Part shown: positions 1 to 8,345 of the stretch, piece after piece | Position numbering within the stretch: position 1 is the stretch's first letter | Layout: each line of letters begins with the position of its first letter | Assembly: GCA_049678285.1 (NCBI GenBank) | Contig: JBAUDW010000018.1 | Location: 1 to 54,429, forward strand | Reading direction: 5' to 3' | DNA length: 54,429 nt | Source: Phycisphaerae bacterium | GTDB taxonomy: Bacteria; Planctomycetota; Phycisphaerae; FEN-1346 | Position numbers and translations under genes: made by a program | Notes under the pieces: generated by a model | Seen by the model: only the letters and a program-made list of their open reading frames with translations | Database searches by the model: none | Told to the model about the DNA's origin: nothing

Positions 1-1724
1 CCTTCGACAGGCTCAGGGCCGTGAGCATGGTCGAACGGCTCGGGGCCGCCCTGAGCCTGTCGAAGGGCGGCCGGGCGATGGCGCACGAGGGTCCGGCCGT
101 CCAGATTCGGCGGCACAGGTCGGCCCAGGAGGTCCAGCAGCGTCGGCACGACGTCCACCGCCCGGACGGGTCCACGGTGGCGGAGGTGCGGCACGCCGGG
201 GCCCGCCATGAGGAGCGGCACGAACATGTCCTCGGGCCCGAGTCCCCCGTGGCCCGCCTTCAGGCGGGTCCCGAAGTCCCAGCCGGGGGCGGCGAAGACG
301 GCGAGGTCGCCCGCGAGCGGCGCCTCGAAGTAGGCGAGGATTTGCGGCACGAGGTCGGGATAGCGCGTGTCGACCGTGGCTTCGAGCCAGAGTTGCGAGT
401 CGTACCCTTGGCCGAGGAGCATCTGGGGCGGCACGGTGTCGCCGTAGGAGAGCGGATCGTTGCCCCGGACGACGCGATAGGCACTCCTGCGGCCGTCGCC
501 GGTCACTTCCGCCATGCCCTTTTTCGTCACAAGGTGGATCCGTCCGGGACCCGCCCGGTAAGCGACCAGGTCCACGGCCTCCTGGCTGCGGAGCGTCTCG
601 ATGAGGTCGACGCGCCGGCCGTCGCGCCCCGGGTACGCGCGGAGGTCCTCCGGCGAAGGCCGGGGCAGCCAGTTCTCGAACTCGGGTTTTTCCGCCCCGT
701 CGCGGGGGGGCCGCGGCTTGCGGAGGTGGACGGTCCAATACCGGTCGCCGGAACCCGCCAGGACGCAGGAAAACTTGCCGTAGTAGTTGAGGCGCCTTTC
801 ATATGGGATGTCCTCGGCGTAGCCATCGCCGGCGACCGCCAAGCGCACCTCGTTGCGGAGAAACTTCTCGATGGGCCAGTGATGCCGGATGTCCGTCATG
901 CCGTGGTCGCTGACGAGGACGAGGATGAGGTTCTCCAGGAGGCCGGCCTTCTCGTAATCGCGGAGGATGCGGCCGATGTGGGCGTCGGCGTGGACGATGG
1001 CCTCGCGGTAGGCCTCGGACGAGACGCCGGAGCGGTAGGCTTCCATGTCGGGCGCCAAGAGATACGCGACGACGAGGGCGGGCATTTCGCCCCGCCGGCG
1101 TGAGACCTCGGCCACGATGTCGAACCGCCACAGGGCGATGCGGTCCACGAACTGGTACCAGCCGAAGAAGTAGGGCGGGCCGGCGCTCATCCAGTTCTCG
1201 GCGAATTTGGTCGCGCCGCGGTGGGCCTGAAAAAAGAGGCTGAAGGTCGTCTCGTCGGCCAGGTACTCGAAGATCGTCCGGGCGGTATAGTCGCCGTCCA
1301 GCGTGTTCTTCTGGTTGACCTCCTCGTAGTCGCGCGTCATGAGCCGATTGCGGTCGAACCAGTTGATGCCCGTGATGCCGTGATGGCCCGGAAAGAGGCC
1401 GGTCACGAAACTGGTTTCGTTGGCGAGCGTGACGCTGGGGACGTTGGCGACGCACCGCTCGATGGTGCAGCCGCGGTCGGCGAAATACTTGCGGATGTTC
1501 GGCAGGCTTCCGGCGTCGAGGAGTTCCAGGAAGACCGTCGGGCTGACGCCGTCCACGAAAAAGACGACGGCGGCGGGTTCCTTGGGCGGCGCGGGAAGGC
1601 GGAAGTCGATGCCGAAGGTGGCGCGCCGTTCGTCGGGCATGGCCGCGCAGCCGACCGAGAGCATCGGCGCCGCGAGGGCCGCCAGGAATCCCAGGAGAGC
1701 CGCCCGCCTGCCGCGTCCGCTCAT
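1..1724 (-). CDS. alkaline-phosphatase-superfamily protein (type I phosphodiesterase/nucleotide pyrophosphatase-like); 3' end runs off the window
   Basis: Absent from the ORF track because it has no in-window stop. The minus strand from ATG 1724..1722 is open down to position 3. It reads MSGRGRRAALLGFLAALAAPMLSVGCAA (lipoprotein-like signal) ... FFVDGVSP ... LVLVSDHGMTD ... KAGHGGLGPEDMFVPL. The ATGA overlap with the upstream stop suggests coupling. Confidence 0.75.
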   Translation of the reverse strand, partial: MSGRGRRAALLGFLAALAAPMLSVGCAAMPDERRATFGIDFRLPAPPKEPAAVVFFVDGVSPTVFLELLDAGSLPNIRKYFADRGCTIERCVANVPSVTLANETSFVTGLFPGHHGITGINWFDRNRLMTRDYEEVNQKNTLDGDYTARTIFEYLADETTFSLFFQAHRGATKFAENWMSAGPPYFFGWYQFVDRIALWRFDIVAEVSRRRGEMPALVVAYLLAPDMEAYRSGVSSEAYREAIVHADAHIGRILRDYEKAGLLENLILVLVSDHGMTDIRHHWPIEKFLRNEVRLAVAGDGYAEDIPYERRLNYYGKFSCVLAGSGDRYWTVHLRKPRPPRDGAEKPEFENWLPRPSPEDLRAYPGRDGRRVDLIETLRSQEAVDLVAYRAGPGRIHLVTKKGMAEVTGDGRRSAYRVVRGNDPLSYGDTVPPQMLLGQGYDSQLWLEATVDTRYPDLVPQILAYFEAPLAGDLAVFAAPGWDFGTRLKAGHGGLGPEDMFVPLLMAGPGVPHLRHRGPVRAVDVVPTLLDLLGRPVPPNLDGRTLVRHRPAALRQAQGGPEPFDHAHGPEPVE

Positions 1725-3289
1725 TTACCGGTCTCTCTGCGCACGGGCGGCCAGGGCTCGCCCGTCAGTCGCTCGAGGGCCTGAGGGATGTCGCGGCTGC
1801 GCAGGGGTCCCGGCAGCAGTCCGGCGGTGGACATGATGAAGGTCGTGCTGCTCATGCGCCCCAGGTCGCCATGCGTGCTGGCCGCCGAGTTGAACCACGT
1901 GGCCCGTGTGGCGGCGCCCGCGTAGTAGCCGTCCGAGAGGTCCGCGATGACGTCGGGGACGTTCTCGGCCATGCCGGTGAAGGCCCGCCAGAGCCGATCC
2001 AGCGGATCGGGGTAGCGGTGGGCGGCGGTGGCGAGGAAAAGGTCGCGGTCGGCGACGAACCCGTCGGCGTCCACCTTTCCCTCGGCCTTGAGGCGTTCGA
2101 GGATCGGAGCGAGTTGGAGCGGGTCGCCGGCGGACGCGCGGTAGCGGTAGCGGTCGTCGCGGCGCTCGATGCGGGCCTCGCCGTCGCGGGTGCGGACGAC
2201 AATGGCGCCGCCCTCCTGGTACAGGGTGAGCCGCACGCCGTCGTGCTGGAGAAGGTCGGCGGCCAGGGCGGGGCGGTTGTGCGCGGCGAAGGAGGCGTAG
2301 GTGATCAGGCCGAACTCGACCGGGGCGACGTCTCGCGGGCCGTTCAGGCGGTCGGTGACGCGCCAGCCCTTGTCGCTGAGGAACTTCCGGAAGTCAATGT
2401 GCTCGCACCGCTTGAGCGTGTGGCCGTGGTCCGCCAGCACGGTGATCTTCACGAGGCCGCGCGACCCGGCGACGAGTTGATGGCTGAGGCGATCCACCGC
2501 GTCGAGGGCCTTTTCGATGCCTCGGGCGCCGTCGCGAGTGGCGAGGCCGGCCGTGGAAACGAAGTATCCGATGACGTGGCGCCGGTCGCGCCGCGCCAGG
2601 AGGTTCGTGAAATCGTCCAGTTCCCGGTCGAAGGCGTAGTTGGGATAAAGGTAGGCGATGGGGTCCAGAAGCGTCCCGGCGCGGTAGTCCACCACGCGGG
2701 CCCAGGCCCCGTTCTTGAGGCTGAGGTAGTCGCCGCTGCCGCCGGCAAGGCGATTCGCCCGGTGGTCGTAGTAGAGCGACTCGAAGCCGAGCGGCTTCGG
2801 GCTGACGAAGACTTCGGCCAGCGCGAGATCCGTCATTGAGGGGTACGTCGAGATGACGCGCGCGGGCGGATAGAACAGCCGCAGCCGGCCCTTCGCGCGG
2901 AACGCCTCGACGAGGTCGTACGGGATGCCATCGAGGACGATGACGACGTGGCGGCAATCGTCGAAAGGAATGTCGTCGAGGTTGACGAAGGCATCGGCGG
3001 CGCCGTCGCCTGTCGTGTCGTAGCCGATGCGGAACTCGCGGCCCTCGGCATTGCGCGTCAGGAAACAGTCCGCCCGCTTGTCGCCGTTGGTGTCATAAGC
3101 CTGCACGAGGCCGAGGTGGGTTTCCTTCTCGGCCAGGGGCACCGACGGAAACCGCAGCGGCCCCCCGCAGCCGGCAATGATCGCGAACGCGAGCAGCAGG
3201 AACAGCCCGCCTGCCAGCAATTTGCGGTACGGCTCCGGGAGGGGGTGTTTGGCGCCGGGAGCCGGGGGAAGGGACCTATTGTCTTGCAT
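1721..3289 (-). CDS. alkaline-phosphatase-superfamily lipoprotein with N-terminal Ca-binding-like DxDxDG repeats
   Basis: 522-aa ORF. Lipobox-like LLLAFAIIAGCGG. YDTNGDKRADCF and YDTTGDGAADAF repeats. VIVLDGIPYDL and ITVLADHGHT metal-site style motifs. Confidence 0.75.
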   Translation of the reverse strand: MQDNRSLPPAPGAKHPLPEPYRKLLAGGLFLLLAFAIIAGCGGPLRFPSVPLAEKETHLGLVQAYDTNGDKRADCFLTRNAEGREFRIGYDTTGDGAADAFVNLDDIPFDDCRHVVIVLDGIPYDLVEAFRAKGRLRLFYPPARVISTYPSMTDLALAEVFVSPKPLGFESLYYDHRANRLAGGSGDYLSLKNGAWARVVDYRAGTLLDPIAYLYPNYAFDRELDDFTNLLARRDRRHVIGYFVSTAGLATRDGARGIEKALDAVDRLSHQLVAGSRGLVKITVLADHGHTLKRCEHIDFRKFLSDKGWRVTDRLNGPRDVAPVEFGLITYASFAAHNRPALAADLLQHDGVRLTLYQEGGAIVVRTRDGEARIERRDDRYRYRASAGDPLQLAPILERLKAEGKVDADGFVADRDLFLATAAHRYPDPLDRLWRAFTGMAENVPDVIADLSDGYYAGAATRATWFNSAASTHGDLGRMSSTTFIMSTAGLLPGPLRSRDIPQALERLTGEPWPPVRRETGK

Positions 3290-3330
3290 GACCGCTTATC
3301 CGTATACCTGGGCAATCCGCGGGAGGCAAT

Positions 3331-4404
3331 TTACCGGAGTGGACCGTTCTCCGCCACGATTTTTTCCGGCCGGGAGGCGGGCGGACCGCCTCCCGGATCG
3401 CCCGCGGCCGAGTTCGGGGCCAGGCTCAGGCCTTTGCCGGTCGACGGTTCGGCGGGCTTTTCGTCGCCACCGGCCGTGCCGCGACACTCGCGAAGGCGTT
3501 TCGCGACCCACTCGGCTTCCACCTTCATTTCGTGGCTTTCGTAAAACGCCTGCAGGGCCTCGTAGCGGGCCACTACCTCAAAGCCGATGTTCCAGCGGAA
3601 CTTTTTGAGGCACTCCGGGCAAAGATGGATCGGGCGCGCGTCGGACTCGCGGAGGCTGTTGCACCCGTTCATGACGCACTCGTAGGTCTGGCAGTGGTGG
3701 ACGCCGAACATGTGGCCGACCTCGTGGACGAGCGTCTGGAGGCTGCGCTTGAGGCCGAGGCGTTCGGCGGCGTCGGTCCGCTCGTCGCCCCAGAACTCCG
3801 GGTAGAACCGCACGAGGCTGTACACGCCGACGCGGTGCGTCAGCCACGCCTGCCCGAAAACGTAGTTCCACGATTCCTCGGGGTATAGGTCGTCCGTCGT
3901 GACGCCGAGCACCGCGAACGTGCCGATCTTGACGCGCGGCAGGAGCATGTTCTGAAGGATGTCGCCGGTCAGGTACTGGCGGAACGTGCGTCCGTAGAGG
4001 TCGCGTTCGCGGCTCTTGACGTTGGCCATGGGGATCCACCCGCCGGTCCGGACGGGCAGGGCATAGTAGGCGGCGAGAAACGCGCGGAACGTTTCCATCC
4101 GGTCGCGCGTTTCCGGCGTCATCGTGCCGACCGGCTGAAGGACGATCCAGTGGCGGACTCTCCGCGGCCGGTTCGGGCCGGAGCGGACGTAGTCGGCGAA
4201 GGAATGGGCAGGCTCGGGGTGGGCGGCCATCCAGTCGCCGGGCTGCGGCTCGCCCATCTTTTGGAAGAGGGCGTCGGAATAACAGGCGGGCGGGTCGCGC
4301 GCGACGTTGGCCTGGGGATTCAAGAGGGGGTCGGCGTCGTCGTCGATCTGACGCGGCAGAGCGAGGGCGAACAGGAGGCCGATCGCCAGAGTCCCCGTTT
4401 GCAT
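3331..4404 (-). CDS. archaemetzincin-like zinc metallopeptidase (M54 type) with signal-like N-terminus
   Basis: HEVGHMFGVHHCQTYECVMNGCNSLRESDARPIHLCPEC fits the archaemetzincin signature HExxHxxGx3Cx4CxMx16-17CxxC. The N-terminus MQTGTLAIGLLFALALP is hydrophobic. Confidence 0.8.
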   Translation of the reverse strand: MQTGTLAIGLLFALALPRQIDDDADPLLNPQANVARDPPACYSDALFQKMGEPQPGDWMAAHPEPAHSFADYVRSGPNRPRRVRHWIVLQPVGTMTPETRDRMETFRAFLAAYYALPVRTGGWIPMANVKSRERDLYGRTFRQYLTGDILQNMLLPRVKIGTFAVLGVTTDDLYPEESWNYVFGQAWLTHRVGVYSLVRFYPEFWGDERTDAAERLGLKRSLQTLVHEVGHMFGVHHCQTYECVMNGCNSLRESDARPIHLCPECLKKFRWNIGFEVVARYEALQAFYESHEMKVEAEWVAKRLRECRGTAGGDEKPAEPSTGKGLSLAPNSAAGDPGGGPPASRPEKIVAENGPLR

Positions 4405-4436
4405 CGTCCACTCCCGGCCGTGGGACCGTCAATGCC

Positions 4437-4464
4437 TTGACAGCGGCCCTTTCGCCGCTAGTAT
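4437..4464 (+). promoter_or_regulatory. sigma70-like promoter for tRNA-Leu(CAG)
   Basis: TTGACA (4437-4442), 16-nt spacer, TAGTAT (4459-4464), about 30 nt upstream of the tRNA 5' end. Confidence 0.45.
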
Positions 4465-4494
4465 AGGGTAGCGGTGAGTGGCTGACAACATTGT

Positions 4495-4582
4495 GCGCTC
4501 GTGGCGGAACTGGCAGACGCGCTAGGTTCAGGTCCTAGTCCGGCTCAACCGGGTGGAGGTTCGAATCCTCTCGAGCGCACCA
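4495..4582 (+). tRNA. tRNA-Leu(CAG), class II with long variable arm, CCA encoded
   Basis: Acceptor GCGCTCG/CGAGCGC. Anticodon stem CTAGG/CCTAG with loop TTCAGGT. Variable arm CCGG-CTCAA-CCGG. T arm GGAGG-TTCGAAT-CCTCT. Ends ACCA. Confidence 0.9.
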
Positions 4583-5840
4583 GATTTATCTGCATATCTG
4601 CGCAATCGCCTGTAGCGGCCTGTAGAACCGCTTCGGGCGATTTGCTCTTTAGAGCATTGCGCGGCATTTCTGGCGACTGCTGCGCCACATTCTGCGCCCC
4701 CTCTTGCACCCCCTCAGTCGTCGCCCGCAGGAAGTGCGCTTCGGTCGTCTGAAGATAGTGCTTCGCCGCAACCGCCGGCGAGTTGCCGATCCACGAGCAC
4801 ACCACTTGAACCGGGTAACTCTCGGCCAATTCCGTTTCCCGGCTCGCCCGGCAGTTCTGAAAGAGTTTCGGCCAGGGCTTCACGCCGGCCCGCGCCATGG
4901 CCTGCAATACCACCTTGCGATACATCTGCCCGCAGAAGTTGGCCGGATACTGCGGGCAGCAGGAAACCGCGCCCGGCTCGGCCGCCTCGAAGGCGTCACG
5001 GAATAGCGGGGCCAACTCGGGGAAGATCGGCACCACCCTGATTCCGGCGTCGGCATAGTGCTCAGTCTTGACCGCGTGCACCGTGAACCGCTCCCGCTTC
5101 GGCTCCCACGAAATGTCAGACCACTTCAGGCCGGCTATCTCCGACGGGCAACGCAGGCCGCCGTAGCGGGCCAGGGCAAAGGCTAACCTCCACTTGGCAT
5201 CAGGCAGGGCCGCCAGCACCGCCGCCGTATCCGCGCGGCTCACAAAGGCCATACGCTTCGGGTTCGCACGGGCCGACACCGCTTGACCGTCGAAAGGGTT
5301 CTCGGCCAGCAACCTGCGGCGGACGGCCGCCCGGAAGAATTGCTTGGCAATGCCCATGCGCCGCCGGGCCGTGCTATCGGCCAACTTCGCGCTGGTGCGT
5401 AGATGCACCGCGAAGCCGTCCACCTCGCCGGCCGTGATGCTGTCCAGCGGCCTGTCGGGCGCGAAGTAGTCCAACAGGTTCCGCCGGACATCGCCGTAAA
5501 TGCCGCGGGTCCGCGGCTTCACGTCGCCCCGGCCCCGGGTGTACTCGTCAAGCCATGCCTTCAGCGTCGGCACGGTGGCCCGCGCGCGGCCTTCGGCAAG
5601 CCCACAGAGCACCAGGCGCGCCCGTAGCGTGTCGGGTACTGCCCCCAACCATTCCGCCGTGCTTGGCGCCAATGGCGATCCCGTGTCCCGGCAGGCGGCT
5701 AGATGTTCAACGTGCCGCTGAATGTCCTCGGCCTGTCGTGCCGTCACCCTGCCCAAGCGAATCCGGCGGCGCTTGCCGTCGGGGCAGATCACCAGCAGCA
5801 CCCGAAGCCCCGTCTTTCTGTTGCGGGAAATGCTCGCCAT
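4545..5840 (-). CDS. int: tyrosine recombinase / phage-type integrase
   Basis: 431 aa. The C-terminal catalytic region includes GLRCPSEIAGLKWSDI, NCRASRETEL and AAKHYLQ (Tyr nucleophile context). The 3' end of the ORF reads into the tRNA gene, typical for tRNA-targeting islands. Confidence 0.85.
   Translation of the reverse strand: MASISRNRKTGLRVLLVICPDGKRRRIRLGRVTARQAEDIQRHVEHLAACRDTGSPLAPSTAEWLGAVPDTLRARLVLCGLAEGRARATVPTLKAWLDEYTRGRGDVKPRTRGIYGDVRRNLLDYFAPDRPLDSITAGEVDGFAVHLRTSAKLADSTARRRMGIAKQFFRAAVRRRLLAENPFDGQAVSARANPKRMAFVSRADTAAVLAALPDAKWRLAFALARYGGLRCPSEIAGLKWSDISWEPKRERFTVHAVKTEHYADAGIRVVPIFPELAPLFRDAFEAAEPGAVSCCPQYPANFCGQMYRKVVLQAMARAGVKPWPKLFQNCRASRETELAESYPVQVVCSWIGNSPAVAAKHYLQTTEAHFLRATTEGVQEGAQNVAQQSPEMPRNALKSKSPEAVLQAATGDCADMQINLVRSRGFEPPPG
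4566..4582 (+). repeat. attL core (inside the tRNA-Leu 3' end)
   Basis: 17-bp perfect match to 34458-34474. The extended match is 4558-4582 vs 34450-34474, 23/25 identical. Confidence 0.8.
4681..4698 (+). repeat. 18-bp arm repeat, copy 1 (TGCGCCACATTCTGCGCC)
   Basis: Identical 18-mer at 34377-34394 in the same orientation. This copy lies 98 nt inside attL, within the int 3' coding end. Confidence 0.6.
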
Positions 5841-5866
5841 ACGTCACCTCTCTTTCCCTTGTCGCC

Positions 5867-6325
5867 CTACGGGGCGGTCCAGATCGCCTTGCCCGCCTCG
5901 TCGTACAGGCCGAGCACCGGCCCGTTCGCGTGCACACCCAGCGCCGCGCGGGTCTTGTTGTTCTCGTCGGCTAGGTCCAGCACTGGCCCATCCTTGGTCA
6001 CGGCCAGCACCACGCGCACCTTGCCAGCCGCGTCGTGCAGGAGCAGCACCACCCCGTCCACGGTATCCACGGTCAGGCCCGCGCGCACCTTGCCAGCCGC
6101 GTCGAGCAGAAACAGCCCGGGCTCGTCCGCAGCCACGGCCAGCATCGCACGGGGCGTGCCGTTCTCGTCGCCCAAGATCAGTTTCGGCACGCCACCCTTT
6201 TCCACGGCTAGCCAGGCGCGGGGCGTGCCGTTCTCGTCCAGGATGGTAACTTGACGGGTCCGCATCTCGTGTTGCAACTCCGCCAGTTCCCGCTCCACGT
6301 TCGCCAGCCGTTCCTCGGTCGTCAT
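5867..6325 (-). CDS. hypothetical repeat protein (coiled-coil N-terminus, ~19-aa D-x-x-G-K/T-x-R-A beta-like repeats), paralog of 16852..17415
   Basis: 152 aa. ERLANVERELAELQ, then DENGTPRAWLAV / DENGTPRAMLAV / DAAGKVRAGLTV / DAAGKVRVVLAV / DENNKTRAALGV. Ends GKAIWTAP, where the paralog ends GKVIWSAP. Confidence 0.65.
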   Translation of the reverse strand: MTTEERLANVERELAELQHEMRTRQVTILDENGTPRAWLAVEKGGVPKLILGDENGTPRAMLAVAADEPGLFLLDAAGKVRAGLTVDTVDGVVLLLHDAAGKVRVVLAVTKDGPVLDLADENNKTRAALGVHANGPVLGLYDEAGKAIWTAP

Positions 6326-7146
6326 TGCGTGTCCCCTTCGTCCGCTTGCGTTTCGATCTTGGGGGGCGTCGTGGCTGAACCGCTCCCTTGCGAAACTTTC
6401 AATTCCTTCTCCGGGATTGGACGGGCAACGCCTCTTCGCCCGAATGTCGCCTTTACTCGCCGGGAAAACAAGAAATAGGGAACCCAGACTGCCGCAACAC
6501 CAAAAGCATTTCCAACGCCGCCCCCAGATCTATCCATTGCCAGCAGTACAACAAGGGCCATTGCCCCATTGGCGAGCAACAAGGCGATAACCATTGCTGG
6601 TGCATGCGCCTTCTTCGTGAAGAACACGAAAGCAACATACATCAGAAATACGCTGAGCCCTATCTGTAAGAGCGTTCGGGGATTCAGTAGGCCTGCGGGT
6701 CCTTGATCGGCCACATGCCGTATGGCGGCCGACAGGGGACCTGGGCCGATGGTGCCGTCGTCGGATACGCCGAATAGGAGAGAGGTCATCGAAAAGACTA
6801 GTGCCATGGCAAACAAGAAAAGCCAGCCGCCGAAGCGTCGGATCCCGATAAGGGAAACCTTTCCGCAGGATGGGCATGTCGCCCTTTGCCCCACCTTCAC
6901 GCCATCGTGCAGGATCGGCGGCGGCATGACGGGGGCGCTCATGACCTCGTCGCAGAATGGACACTTGAGATTGATGCTTTCTTTGCGCTCCTCCAAGCGG
7001 CGGCGGATGCGCGAACGGCGCCGCCATCCCAGGAGCAAGAGGACCCCCAGGATGAGGGCTATCATAATGAGTAAGTTGTAGTTAGCGCCCGGCTGCTCCT
7101 CCTGGCCCCACGGCTCGGCTTCGGCAATCAAAGCGCAGGTTTTCAC
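6322..7146 (-). CDS. membrane protein with cytoplasmic Zn-ribbon (CPFC...CPSC) and several TM helices
   Basis: I prefer the GTG start at 7146, which makes a GTGA overlap with the stop of the 7143..7388 ORF. The 411-aa track version overlaps that ORF. TM segments include LLIMIALILGVLLLLGW and WLFLFAMALVFSMTSLLF. ATGA overlap with the next gene at 6322-6325. Confidence 0.6.
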   Translation of the reverse strand: MKTCALIAEAEPWGQEEQPGANYNLLIMIALILGVLLLLGWRRRSRIRRRLEERKESINLKCPFCDEVMSAPVMPPPILHDGVKVGQRATCPSCGKVSLIGIRRFGGWLFLFAMALVFSMTSLLFGVSDDGTIGPGPLSAAIRHVADQGPAGLLNPRTLLQIGLSVFLMYVAFVFFTKKAHAPAMVIALLLANGAMALVVLLAMDRSGGGVGNAFGVAAVWVPYFLFSRRVKATFGRRGVARPIPEKELKVSQGSGSATTPPKIETQADEGDTQ

Positions 7147-7388
7147 CTTGATTTCCTTTTCGGCTTTTGCCCCGGCTTTCGCTTCCTCGGACGGCCCCCC
7201 TGGTCCAGCAACCTGATCCCGTAGCGCCGCGCTGCGTCGCGGACACCTTGCGGCGTCGGCGCATGATAGGGCGTCGCCAGGCGCGGCGCAATCGCGCGGG
7301 CCGTCAAACCCTTGGCCGCCAGCGCTGCCAGACGTTTCCGCCGCTTTGCCGTCCAAAACACCAGCCCGGCCATTCCTTCGCCCTCCAC
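7143..7388 (-). CDS. small basic HTH protein (GcrA-N-terminal-like)
   Basis: 81 aa. WTAKRRKRLAALAAKGLTARAIAPRL resembles the GcrA-type N-terminal HTH. Basic C-terminal tail. Confidence 0.5.
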   Translation of the reverse strand: MEGEGMAGLVFWTAKRRKRLAALAAKGLTARAIAPRLATPYHAPTPQGVRDAARRYGIRLLDQGGRPRKRKPGQKPKRKSR

Positions 7389-7535
7389 TTTCCCCCGTCT
7401 GGTGAATCTTACCGTATGTGCTATACGTTGTCAAGCAAAATCCGGCCCGGCCGATCTCGCCCTTGTCAGCACGCATTGCCTGCCTCTTTTCAGGCCCCGC
7501 CAGGGGCCGCCGGTAGATAGTTTCGGCTTTCCTGG

Positions 7536-8024
7536 CTACCTTGGGTCGTTGCCGCAAGAAACACCCCCGTGCGGCTGCGAATTCTTAGGCGCACAGGCCG
7601 GTTGCGAAGCATAACTATCTACCAGAGACATCTTTCGTCGCTTCCATTCTCGCTTAGCGTTGCGGGACGCCGCCCGTCGGCACGAATCACACAGCCGACG
7701 CCGTGACCCGACTTCCGCCCCGCACGCGGCGCAGACGCGCCCGCTCTGCCCGCCCCCTGGCCTGACCGCCTTCTCCCACCATCCGCAGCGCTTGCCGTCC
7801 AGGACGATGCACCGCCCAGACGCGCGCAGGATGCAGGCCCCGGCGGAATAGTTGCAGCAGTCCGCGAGGTCGCGCCGGTGCGGTGCGTCCAGGCTCAGGC
7901 CCCCGTCGCCCTTCGGATCGCCGATGAATCCCGCGCACGCCCAGCAGCGCACGGCCACGGTCTCGACGCCGACAAGGACGTGCCGGCCGCACCGACAGGC
8001 CAGAGGTTTCCTGTTCGTCGTCAT
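7536..8024 (-). CDS. cysteine-rich (about 15 Cys) putative zinc-binding protein
   Basis: 162 aa with CRC, CWAC, CC, CAAC and CDSC clusters. CCNYSAGACILRASGRCIVLDGKRCGWWEKAV resembles the Cys-rich modules of conjugative or phage elements. Confidence 0.6.
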   Translation of the reverse strand: MTTNRKPLACRCGRHVLVGVETVAVRCWACAGFIGDPKGDGGLSLDAPHRRDLADCCNYSAGACILRASGRCIVLDGKRCGWWEKAVRPGGGQSGRVCAACGAEVGSRRRLCDSCRRAASRNAKREWKRRKMSLVDSYASQPACAPKNSQPHGGVSCGNDPR

Positions 8025-8345
8025 GGTCCTCGCCTCTTTTCAGGGCCGCGCTCGGCTATCTACGCCGACTCCCGGCACCCCGGGTTTTCCGCCGGCCGCC
8101 AGCGCCTTCCGTATCAACGCCGCCCCTTTTTTTATATGGCCTCTTTTGGCCTCTTTTCCCGCCGCGCTTCTCATTCAGTTTTCCGGTTTTAGGGCTCCTC
8201 TTTTTGCTCTTTCGCATATCCGTCGCCTCCCGGCGCCCGCGCGCGAGCGCCTAACAAAACTCCCCCGACGCCTCGGCCTTTGGCTCCGATCCCCCGCCCG
8301 TGCAGGTAGTCCCGCATGGCCGCCAGCGTCCGCGCCTTCCGGTCC

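Noticed and set aside
13-1784. Track ORFs 13..738(-), 21..1103(+), 799..1455(-) and 1221..1784(+)
   Set aside because: All overlap the untracked minus-strand frame 3..1724. That frame gives a continuous alkaline-phosphatase-superfamily protein with a signal peptide and a DHGM motif. The listed ORFs translate to Arg/Pro/Gly-rich nonsense.
6322-7557. 411-aa version of the membrane Zn-ribbon ORF
   Set aside because: Its first ~136 codons overlap the better-looking 81-aa HTH ORF in another frame and are Gly/Arg/Ala-rich. An internal GTG with a GTGA overlap gives a coherent 274-aa membrane protein.
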